From Flavobacteriaceae bacterium (GTDB lineage Bacteria; Bacteroidota; Bacteroidia; Flavobacteriales; Flavobacteriaceae): a stretch of DNA of 64,000 bases. The notes beneath the pieces were generated by a model. That model searched no databases. It worked only from the letters and a program-made list of their open reading frames with translations, and was not told where the DNA came from. Location of the stretch: the NCBI GenBank assembly GCA_965178655.1, contig OZ238266.1:1578295-1642294 (forward strand), read 5' to 3'. Positions 9,693-17,587 of this stretch are shown piece by piece. Positions within the stretch are counted from its first letter, which is position 1. Each line of letters opens with the position of its first letter. A program made the position numbers and the translations under genes.

Positions 9693-10082
9693 TTAACTTG
9701 TTATAGGAGGAGGAATATCAAGCTCATAGTGCACATTAATTACATGATATGCGCTATGATCAATAATGAAGTTTTGTAGATATTGTTGCTTAGGAACAAC
9801 AACATCATTATTAGGTTGTATGTAAGCACATCTAAGTGTTTCAATAGAGATCTGCTGTAGGGGTATTTCTTGCTCTGCGGCAGAAGAAATGTTTAGCTTT
9901 TTTTTAAGTTGACATTTTCCGTTACATCCATTTTGAGCTTCTTTCTGTATACATAAGGTTTTTGCAATTTGTTCTTGGTTTACCACAAAATGTACTACAG
10001 TAACAATATTGCTAATGGCGTGTAAGCAAAGTATTAAGCTTAAGACAATGGCCTTAACGATATGTTTTTTAGCAGCGATCAT
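9693..10082 (-). CDS. Small membrane-anchored Cys-containing hypothetical protein
   Basis: 129 aa. N-terminal TM helix (AIVLSLILCLHAISNIV), then LCIQKEAQNGCNGKCQLKKKL. Located between nosY and the lipoprotein/TBDT genes. Confidence 0.55.
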   Translation of the reverse strand: MIAAKKHIVKAIVLSLILCLHAISNIVTVVHFVVNQEQIAKTLCIQKEAQNGCNGKCQLKKKLNISSAAEQEIPLQQISIETLRCAYIQPNNDVVVPKQQYLQNFIIDHSAYHVINVHYELDIPPPITS

Positions 10083-10134
10083 TTACACAAAAATACAGCC
10101 TAATTTAGGCTTTGAATATGATTTTAGTCAGTGT

Positions 10135-10917
10135 TTAAAAATCTTTTTTACGGGCTTTTTTTAAGATGATTGCTACAGGAGAAATAACCCATAGACACAA
10201 GATGCCTATAGACGAAAACAGCCCAATGTTTGTTCCGAAAAATTGTTGAAAAACTGCTCCAGTATATCCCAGTAGGGCAGAAATGTCAAGTTTTAGTAAA
10301 ATTAAAATTCGGGATAAATCAATAGGATTAAAAACGGTAGCTACTAAGGCAAAATTATCTAAAGGATATTCGCTAAAATAAATTAGTGAAATTAAAAACG
10401 CACCATCGTAAAGTACGGCCAGTGTCAACCATAGTACAATAGCATACCCAAATCCTTTAATTTTATTTTCGGTTGATAGCGAAATAGTATAGGCTAAGGC
10501 AACAAAAATAAAGTTCAAGAAAACACCCACGACCAATAGTAAAATAAAATTTGTAATTGTAGTGGAAACCAATAGACCGTATGCTAAAAATGGAATTCCT
10601 AATCCTAAGGCTAAGCTTAAACTTAGTGAAATGCTTAAGCCTAGGTATTGTCCAATAAAAATAGTATTTCTTTTTAAAGGTTGTGCTAAAAGCAGTTCGG
10701 TAAATTCTCTGGAGTTGTAATAATACATTACGCCAAAAATAGTAGCGATTAGTGGGGTAAGTATAATAATAATATTCATTAATGTAATTACTGCTTTATC
10801 AATATCATTATTTAAAAATAATAATACAAACCCGAGTAATAGGTAGAATGAAAAATAAACATAACTCCATCTACTTCTCATTAAGTCAAAAAAACTGTAT
10901 GTTAATATTTTAAGCAT
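10135..10917 (-). CDS. nosY: NosY, ABC-2-type permease for N2O reductase maturation
   Basis: 260 aa, about 6 TM helices, overlaps nosF by 8 nt. Assigned by position in the nosLDFY order. Confidence 0.8.
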   Translation of the reverse strand: MLKILTYSFFDLMRSRWSYVYFSFYLLLGFVLLFLNNDIDKAVITLMNIIIILTPLIATIFGVMYYYNSREFTELLLAQPLKRNTIFIGQYLGLSISLSLSLALGLGIPFLAYGLLVSTTITNFILLLVVGVFLNFIFVALAYTISLSTENKIKGFGYAIVLWLTLAVLYDGAFLISLIYFSEYPLDNFALVATVFNPIDLSRILILLKLDISALLGYTGAVFQQFFGTNIGLFSSIGILCLWVISPVAIILKKARKKDF

Positions 10918-11617
10918 ATTGTTTAGATATTAAGTGGGCTATTGCCTGTTCTAAATTAGGGTGATTTGTTTGTGTTTTCAGTGCGTTAACACTTCCTTTA
11001 AAGTAAATAGTTCCGTCTAATAAAAACACAATTTCATCAGCCATTTCATCTACAAAACTCATGATGTGTGTTGTAATTAAGATGGTTTTTCCTTTTGTTT
11101 TTTCAAGTTGTATTAGTTCTTTTAGATGAATAAGAGCAATAGGATCTAAGCCTGTTGTTGGTTCGTCAAGAATGATAAGTTCACTATCAAACATGAAGAC
11201 AAGAACTAAATTTACTTTTTGCTTGGTGCCTCCGGAAAGGGTTCCTAGTTTTTTATTTAAAAATGGTGTTAAGCCAAAAAGGTTAATAAGGTGTTGCTCA
11301 TTTGCTGTTTTTGAGCGAAGGTTTTTAACCATGTTAATGAGCTCAATAACAGATAGGTTTTCTGGGAAATTTGCAATTTGTGGAAGGTAGTTTAGATTGT
11401 CGCGATACGCCCATTTTTTTAAAACAGAAGTGCCATCTAAAAGAATATCTCCTTTGTTTGGGATAACCATTCCAAGTAAACATTTTATTAGGGTTGTTTT
11501 TCCAGAGCCGTTAGGGCCCAAAATAGCAAAAACACCGCCTTTTGAAATAGTTAAATCCACACCTTGTAGCACGGATAGTTTTCCAAATTTCTTATGTAAA
11601 TCTCTAATTTCTATCAT
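10910..11617 (-). CDS. nosF: NosF, ABC transporter ATPase
   Basis: Walker A GPNGSGKTT, signature LSGGTKQK, Walker B LIILDEPTTGLD. Overlaps nosD by 14 nt. Confidence 0.85.
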   Translation of the reverse strand: MIEIRDLHKKFGKLSVLQGVDLTISKGGVFAILGPNGSGKTTLIKCLLGMVIPNKGDILLDGTSVLKKWAYRDNLNYLPQIANFPENLSVIELINMVKNLRSKTANEQHLINLFGLTPFLNKKLGTLSGGTKQKVNLVLVFMFDSELIILDEPTTGLDPIALIHLKELIQLEKTKGKTILITTHIMSFVDEMADEIVFLLDGTIYFKGSVNALKTQTNHPNLEQAIAHLISKQYA

Positions 11618-12842
11618 CTATTTTTTTCATTATGGGTTTGCTGTCTACTAAGTTTGTAGGGGTAAATACAGGCGATACTTTTTCGGAAAAATTGATAACA
11701 TCAATAAATAAACTACGCAAAAGCACTAATGATTCTGGTGTTTTACTAGTGATGTATGAAAAAAGTTTTACGGGCCTGTGTGGTACATCTCCAATACCAT
11801 CTTTGTTTAAGTCATAGCCAGTGTATTCGCTCCAGTGGTTTGCTTCAAACTTGTTGTCATTAAGTTTGCTGTTGTATGCTAAATCAAAGGCATTATGCAT
11901 AAAATTATTGTATTCAAACACATTTTTGTAGCAGCCACCATTAAACTTAACACCCCAACCATTTCGGATAAAATGATTATTGGTATAATTAACTCTGGAG
12001 CAGCCTTCAATATTAATGGCTATTGTATTTTGAGTAAAATAATTATTTTCAATTACGGCATCATTAATTTCTTTTAATAGGAGCCCATAAGAAGCGGTTC
12101 CCCAGTTAAAACGGAATGTATTATGATGCATTTTAAGATGTTTTGAGAACATAATAGCTACTCCTGCACCGTTGTTATTAAAGTCGTTGTGGTGGTATTC
12201 ATTGTGATTTGAAAACATAAAATGTAACCCATAGCGTACATTTTCGGTACTGGTGTTATTCGTTACAAGGCTGTTTTTTACAAACTCAAAGTAAATACCA
12301 TCTCTTAATCGTTTAACGCGATTATTGTTTACTCGCATGTGTGAGCTATGCCATATATGAATACCGTTACCAGAGTTGGCTTCGGTAACCGCCTGACTTG
12401 ATATGGTATTGTTTTCAATATGTCCGTAATTTGACTTTTCAATTAATATACCAAAGAAAACATCTTTTAATATGTTATTTTTAATACTAAAATAGTTGCT
12501 TTTAGAGACTAAAATAGCAGCAAAATCTTTAACATAACTTTGGCCTACATTTATAATAGTAAACCCTTCAATTGAAAAATGATCAGAACTTATTTTAAAA
12601 ATAGTTTCCTGATTTCCTCCGTCTACAATAGGGTTTCCTTCGCCAATTAAATGCAATGATTTATTGATAAGGATAATAGAATGTTCTTTGTAGGTGCCTT
12701 TTTTTACAAGAATACTATCTCCGTTTTTAGCAAGGTTTACTGCGTCGTTAATGGTTGTTACAGTACAGTTGCCACAAACAGTTATGGTGTTTGCTTTTGT
12801 GTAAAAGGATACAAGAAATAGGAATAAAAATCTCCAGCGCAT
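11604..12842 (-). CDS. nosD: NosD, periplasmic parallel beta-helix copper-processing protein
   Basis: 412 aa with a signal peptide and many N-x-(I/F)-x-x-N beta-helix repeats (IENNTIS, VNNNRV, VTNNTS, HHNDFNNNG...). Position between nosL and nosF. Confidence 0.85.
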   Translation of the reverse strand: MRWRFLFLFLVSFYTKANTITVCGNCTVTTINDAVNLAKNGDSILVKKGTYKEHSIILINKSLHLIGEGNPIVDGGNQETIFKISSDHFSIEGFTIINVGQSYVKDFAAILVSKSNYFSIKNNILKDVFFGILIEKSNYGHIENNTISSQAVTEANSGNGIHIWHSSHMRVNNNRVKRLRDGIYFEFVKNSLVTNNTSTENVRYGLHFMFSNHNEYHHNDFNNNGAGVAIMFSKHLKMHHNTFRFNWGTASYGLLLKEINDAVIENNYFTQNTIAINIEGCSRVNYTNNHFIRNGWGVKFNGGCYKNVFEYNNFMHNAFDLAYNSKLNDNKFEANHWSEYTGYDLNKDGIGDVPHRPVKLFSYITSKTPESLVLLRSLFIDVINFSEKVSPVFTPTNLVDSKPIMKKIDDRN

Positions 12843-12848
12843 ATGTGG

Positions 12849-13286
12849 TTAATTTGAAAATTTTACTTTAAGTGTTTCCCAATTGTATAACGTTCCGCCG
12901 TGGGTTTCTTTAAGATTTTTAGCTGCGGTTTTGTTACTTACTGCGGAGAGGTATGCTCCCATTGGACTCTTAATTTCTTTACTAATAATATATGCTGCAT
13001 TGCGAGCATCGATTAGCGTGCCAGGGTTTTGATAATCGGCAACTAATATATGTGCTAGGGTAGGTTCGTTCTGCTCGTCTGTAACGGTGTTAGCTAAACA
13101 TTCAATGGCATCAAAAACAAATACTTTCCCTTTTTTGGTAACATATTGTGCTGAGTGTGTCTTGTCCACTACAGTCATTTTACAATAATGACAATTGTCT
13201 TTTCCGTAGGCAATTTTTTTCGGAGTAGGTGTGCATGCACTAAGTATAATGGCACACGTGATTATGGTGTATAGTTGCTTTTTCAT
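12849..13286 (-). CDS. nosL: NosL copper chaperone lipoprotein
   Basis: 145 aa, lipobox ILSAC, CHYCKM motif near the N-terminus, typical NosL size and position. Confidence 0.85.
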   Translation of the reverse strand: MKKQLYTIITCAIILSACTPTPKKIAYGKDNCHYCKMTVVDKTHSAQYVTKKGKVFVFDAIECLANTVTDEQNEPTLAHILVADYQNPGTLIDARNAAYIISKEIKSPMGAYLSAVSNKTAAKNLKETHGGTLYNWETLKVKFSN

Positions 13287-13289
13287 AAA

Positions 13290-13883
13290 TTATGATGTTT
13301 GTTTAGAAGATTTTCTTCCCATTAAAAAGGCAATAAAACTTAAAAGCATTCCTGTAAATAAAAAGTATGCCCCAATCATAGGGTAAGAGTGTGCTCTAAA
13401 GTTAAGAATGTCTTTTGAGCCTAGTAATGGTGGTTGAAAGCCCATTACAGACCCGTCTGGGTTTTTAAAGTTCATGATTGCTTTTGGATCTAAATCGTGT
13501 CCATAGTCATATTCCCATAAATAGAAATCATACATTCCTGCAAGACCTAATAAGGCCACTATAATGACCCATGCTAAAAATAATTTATGTTTTCCAATGA
13601 ATCCTAAAACAATACCTAAGACTGACATAAAACCAATGACAATAGGAAATATTTTAAATTCAGGAATGGTTTCAGGAATGTATTTCATTCCAACATAATG
13701 ATTCATGAGATTGATGTTTTTAATATCAAATTCATGGGTATCTTTAAACTTGTTAATATAAATGTCCATTCCTAATGGAGTAGGGTATTGTGGGGCTTCA
13801 AGAGTGATGTTCCATAACGGAAAGATAAATAATCCTAAAAGCAGGGAGGACCCTATAATCATTATAATGTTTGCTTTTTTCAT
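13290..13883 (-). CDS. Four-TM membrane protein in the nosB position of clade II nos clusters
   Basis: 197 aa with four hydrophobic helices. Lies between nosZ and nosL. Assigned by position and topology only. Confidence 0.6.
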   Translation of the reverse strand: MKKANIIMIIGSSLLLGLFIFPLWNITLEAPQYPTPLGMDIYINKFKDTHEFDIKNINLMNHYVGMKYIPETIPEFKIFPIVIGFMSVLGIVLGFIGKHKLFLAWVIIVALLGLAGMYDFYLWEYDYGHDLDPKAIMNFKNPDGSVMGFQPPLLGSKDILNFRAHSYPMIGAYFLFTGMLLSFIAFLMGRKSSKQTS

Positions 13884-13940
13884 AGAATAAAAATGTATTG
13901 TGTTTTGTGAGTATAAAAATACCCCTTTTATAGGGGTAAT

Positions 13941-13960
13941 AATGTGACTTTTGTCACATT
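13941..13960. promoter_or_regulatory. Perfect CRP/FNR-family-type palindrome AATGTGAC-TTTT-GTCACATT (TGTGA-N6-TCACA)
   Basis: Read directly. Centre lies about 67 nt upstream of the nosB-like ATG (13883) and downstream of the nosZ terminator hairpin. Confidence 0.45.
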
Positions 13961-13977
13961 GGAGCTATTATTTTAAT

Positions 13978-14010
13978 AAAAAAAGCGAATAGATTAACTA
14001 TTCGCTTTTT
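13978..14010 (-). terminator. Rho-independent terminator after nosZ
   Basis: Stem AGCGAATAG/CTATTCGCT (13984..13992 and 13998..14006), 5-nt loop, flanked by A7 and T5 runs, so it can act in either direction. Confidence 0.65.
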
Positions 14011-14037
14011 GAGTATAATTTAAAAAAAAGTATCGAA

Positions 14038-16017
14038 TTAAAAGTCTTCCTCTCCAGGGACTTCGTTATCTACTGTGAACTTTAAGGGAACGTCAGAGCC
14101 TTTTGCTGAAACACGAACATAGCCTTGCATTTCTTGGTGTAATGCAGAGCAGAAATCGGTACAATAAAATGGCCAAACCCCCACTTGTTTAGGTTCCCAG
14201 GTAAATGTCGTTGTTCTACCAGGCATAATTAAAAGTTCCGAAGTATTAGCTCCAATCATTGAAATGCCATGTGGCACATCATAATCTTGTTCTAGATTTG
14301 TTACGTGAAAGAAAACTTTGTCACCAACTTTAACACCTTCAATATTATCAGGAGAGAAGTGAGAACGAATCATCGACATGTAAATGTGTACTTCGTTACC
14401 TTTTCTAACAACAGTAGTTTCTGCTTCACTCTTAACAGCGTAAGGGTGTTTGTTGTCTTCTAAGCGGAATATCTTTTTAGAATTTGCAGCAACTTTTTCA
14501 GCAGCAATACCTGCAGCGTAGTGTGGTTCTCCGATGGTAGGGAAATCCAATAGCAATTCCATTTTGTCTCCAGAAATATCAAATAATTGCGCTGACTGAC
14601 AAACTTCAGGTCCTGTTGGTAAGTAACGGTCTTTTGTAATTTTATTCATGGCAACTAAGTATTTGTCGTCAGGAGTTCTAGAGTTTCCTCCAGGAATCAT
14701 AAGGTGTCCTACAGAGTAGTATACTGGGTGACGGTCAATTACTTTAAGGTCTTTAATATTCCATTTTACAACCTCTGACGATATAAAGAATGTGGTATAT
14801 CCATTACCTCTAGTATCAAATTCAGTATGTAAAGGTCCTAAACCAGGTTGCTCTAAAGTACCGTAGTTAATTGCATCAAAGTTTAAAATTGGAATTCCAT
14901 AACTTTCTCCATCAAACGCTTCGTTAGCAATTGCTTCTTCCATTTTAGTAAATGAGTGAATGGTCATTGCAGCAGCTAATTTACCATTACCAATAATGTA
15001 TTCTCCTGTAGGGTCTACGTCACAACCATGTGGTGATTTTGGAGTAGGTAAAAAGAAAACAGCTCCAGGAACATCTTCAGGGTTAACAACAAGTACTTCT
15101 TTTTTCATTACTGTTGTGGCCATGTGTGTTGCATCATCCCAAGTATTGTGGGCATAGTTTGCAGGTTCTTTTTTACCCCCACCATTAGCCACATATTCTT
15201 CAATTTTTTTCCAGTTAATTGCGGCAATAAAATCTTTATCATTTTGAGAAGAGTTTACCTCCATTAGGGTGTTTGCTTCCTCTGTGTTATATGTAGAGAA
15301 GAAGAACCATCCGTGTGATTTCCCTCTACCAGGGTGTGATAAATCAAAGTTAAATCCTGGCATTCTTAATTGAAACTCAATATTCATGTGTCCGTGGTCA
15401 GGATCAATTTTTAAGAATGATAAGGTCCCTTTAAAGTTTCCTTTGTACTCATCAATAGGCATATCACGTTGTGGAACAGGAACAGCAAAACGAGTTCCGG
15501 CAACAACATATTCAGAGTTTTCGGTAACAAATGATGAAGAGTGGTTTCCGGCAGAATTAGGGATTTCAATAATCTCTTCTGTTTCAAAGGTTTCCAGACT
15601 TATACGTGCAATACGTGGGGTGTTGTTTTCGTTAATGAAAACCCATCGCCCATCAACTTCTCCATTGGTTTGTGAAATATCTGGGTGGTGTGAATCTCCC
15701 CAGGGTACAAGACCGTGTGAGGTCATTAACATTGGTTTTGTTTCCTCACTATATCCGTATCCTTTTTCAGGGTCTTGTGAGAATACTGGAATAACTCTAA
15801 ACAATCGTCCAGACGGTAATCCATACACGGATAATTGTCCGCTAAAACCTCCAGAAATAAAGGCATAATGAGAATCGTGCTCTCCAGGAGCTACATACAC
15901 TTTTTCTGCAGCATTACCGGTAAGTATTCCGTTGTTGTTACTTTTTTCAGCAGGCCCTCCGCAACTCACTAAAGAAGCGATTGCAATGGCTGCAATTGAT
16001 TTGATAATTAGTTTCAT
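14038..16017 (-). CDS. nosZ: Nitrous-oxide reductase NosZ, clade II (Sec/lipoprotein-type) form
   Basis: 659 aa. N-terminus MKLIIKSIAAIAIASLVSCGG has no twin-arginine motif. His cluster WGDSHHPD. C-terminal CuA motif FYCTDFCSALHQEMQGY. nosL/D/F/Y lie downstream. Confidence 0.95.
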   Translation of the reverse strand: MKLIIKSIAAIAIASLVSCGGPAEKSNNNGILTGNAAEKVYVAPGEHDSHYAFISGGFSGQLSVYGLPSGRLFRVIPVFSQDPEKGYGYSEETKPMLMTSHGLVPWGDSHHPDISQTNGEVDGRWVFINENNTPRIARISLETFETEEIIEIPNSAGNHSSSFVTENSEYVVAGTRFAVPVPQRDMPIDEYKGNFKGTLSFLKIDPDHGHMNIEFQLRMPGFNFDLSHPGRGKSHGWFFFSTYNTEEANTLMEVNSSQNDKDFIAAINWKKIEEYVANGGGKKEPANYAHNTWDDATHMATTVMKKEVLVVNPEDVPGAVFFLPTPKSPHGCDVDPTGEYIIGNGKLAAAMTIHSFTKMEEAIANEAFDGESYGIPILNFDAINYGTLEQPGLGPLHTEFDTRGNGYTTFFISSEVVKWNIKDLKVIDRHPVYYSVGHLMIPGGNSRTPDDKYLVAMNKITKDRYLPTGPEVCQSAQLFDISGDKMELLLDFPTIGEPHYAAGIAAEKVAANSKKIFRLEDNKHPYAVKSEAETTVVRKGNEVHIYMSMIRSHFSPDNIEGVKVGDKVFFHVTNLEQDYDVPHGISMIGANTSELLIMPGRTTTFTWEPKQVGVWPFYCTDFCSALHQEMQGYVRVSAKGSDVPLKFTVDNEVPGEEDF

Positions 16018-16022
16018 AGTAT

Positions 16023-16529
16023 TTAGTTTAATTGTCTTAAAAATTCTAATATGGCACGTGCCTCATCAGTAGTTAAATTTTGGTTTGCCATAGGAGCACT
16101 ATATTCTTTTAGTAGTGCTTTAGCAGTAGGGTTTTTTGCCAACATCTCTTCAGGATTTAGCATCATGTTCATAATCCATTCAGGAGAGCGTCGTTTAGTA
16201 ACACCTTTCATCTCAGGTCCGATATATCGTTTTTTAGTTTTATGACAAGCGGTACATTTAGATCTATACACTTCTTTTCCTTTTTCAACTAAAGCAGCAT
16301 CAATAGTCTCTAAGGTCAATGTTTTAATAGGGCCAATTCCTTTGTCGTTTAGGTCAATTGTAATACTGGCTTTTGCTTCAGTTTTTTTAGTTTCTTTTTT
16401 TTCTGCTGGTTTTCTGGCAGCACGTTCCTTTCGAGCGGTAGGAGTTGCTTCTTCTTTTTTAGCATCGCCTCCACAGCTGGAAAACAATAGTGCAGCTAAG
16501 GCAAATAGTGCTAGGTTTTTTAAGTTCAT
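16023..16529 (-). CDS. Monoheme c-type cytochrome lipoprotein (likely electron donor to NosZ)
   Basis: Lipobox LFSSCGG, a K/E/A-rich linker, a single CTACH heme motif. 5 nt upstream of nosZ. Confidence 0.85.
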   Translation of the reverse strand: MNLKNLALFALAALLFSSCGGDAKKEEATPTARKERAARKPAEKKETKKTEAKASITIDLNDKGIGPIKTLTLETIDAALVEKGKEVYRSKCTACHKTKKRYIGPEMKGVTKRRSPEWIMNMMLNPEEMLAKNPTAKALLKEYSAPMANQNLTTDEARAILEFLRQLN

Positions 16530-16544
16530 ACGTTTTGGTTTTAA

Positions 16545-17114
16545 TTAATTAGTGGGTACTAGAACATCTGAAATTACATGAATCCATCCGTTACTAACCT
16601 TTACAGTTTTTAGAATTTTAGTTCCTCCAACATATAAGCCGTCTTCTTTTTTAACAACATCTAGGTAGTTTCCAGAGGCCATATATAACTTTCGGCCTTT
16701 TTTAGCTTCTTTCCTTAGTTGTTTTTCTGGGTAATTTGCAGGTGCAACATGGTTTACAAGAACATAGCCAAGTTTGGCTTTGTTTTCAGGTTTTAAAAGA
16801 CTTTCTACAGTTCCTTCAGGAAGTTTGTCGAATGCTGCATTTACAGGAGCAAAAATTGTTAAAGGCCCGGCATTTACTACGGCATCTTCAACACCAGCAG
16901 CCTTAATGGCAACGACTAAAGTTTTAAAATCATCAAGTGATTTTGCTACCTGTAGCGCATTAGCATCTGATACACCATCAGCGACAGCTGCTTGTCCTTT
17001 ATGCACTGTTTTTGTCACAGTTTCAGTTGTAGACGGTTCTGTTTTTGTAGTTTTATTGCAAGCGGTAAATGACATTACAATAGCGGTTAATAATAGAATA
17101 AATTTTGTGTTCAT
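16545..17114 (-). CDS. Fasciclin (FAS1) domain lipoprotein
   Basis: Lipobox SFTACN. FAS1 motifs TIFAPVNAAFDKLP and YVLVNHV. First gene of the nos transcription unit. Confidence 0.85.
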   Translation of the reverse strand: MNTKFILLLTAIVMSFTACNKTTKTEPSTTETVTKTVHKGQAAVADGVSDANALQVAKSLDDFKTLVVAIKAAGVEDAVVNAGPLTIFAPVNAAFDKLPEGTVESLLKPENKAKLGYVLVNHVAPANYPEKQLRKEAKKGRKLYMASGNYLDVVKKEDGLYVGGTKILKTVKVSNGWIHVISDVLVPTN

Positions 17115-17587
17115 GATCAGTTATATTTTAATTATGAACAAAATTAAGGCAAGTATTTAGGTTTTTTCATGATAAAAATCATAAAAAAGACAAACTAGTC
17201 TTTTATTGTAAAAAGAGAGCGAACAAAACTAATAAGGATAAATTAGCATAAAAAAAACACGCTAAATTATATAAAAAATAATGCGTTGTTTTTCTGAATT
17301 GTTGTATTTTTGACCCGATTTTATTAGGGAGGTTCTAAAAAAATAATTTAACTTTTTTAGTTAACCGAACTAATCCCGCTTTTTTTAGCGGGATATTGAT
17401 TTAAGATATCGATTTTAATCGGTCGATTTCTTATAATAAATTAAGGGTTCTGCCTTGAGGTTTGACCCCGTTATTTGCAGGCGTAATAAACTGCACGAAT
17501 ACATAAAAAAACACAACAGTTTGTACATGTATAACATTGATAAACAAAGGTTTTTTTTGTAAATTAAAAAGAGACAAGCGAAACATA

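Noticed and set aside
9704-9717. The 14-mer TAGGAGGAGGAATA is shared between 9704..9717 and 21964..21977
   Set aside because: At 14 nt, several such coincidences are expected among all position pairs in 64 kb. One copy is coding (DIPPP) and the other is intergenic.
15386-15868. A 160-aa plus-strand ORF inside nosZ. Similar antisense ORFs occur at 16774..17160, 20678..20995, 31484..31819, 32720..33148, 35753..36106, 54456..54830, 57746..58090, 58166..58606 and 59528..59824
   Set aside because: All are embedded antisense in confidently assigned genes with clear family motifs. None has a recognisable motif of its own.
17371-17396. Hairpin ATCCCGC-tttttta-GCGGGAT in the 470-nt spacer upstream of sucA, considered as a possible sRNA or riboswitch element
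   Set aside because: I could not match any known riboswitch core. It looks like an ordinary bidirectional terminator-type hairpin separating the nos unit from sucA, and there is not enough evidence for an RNA gene.
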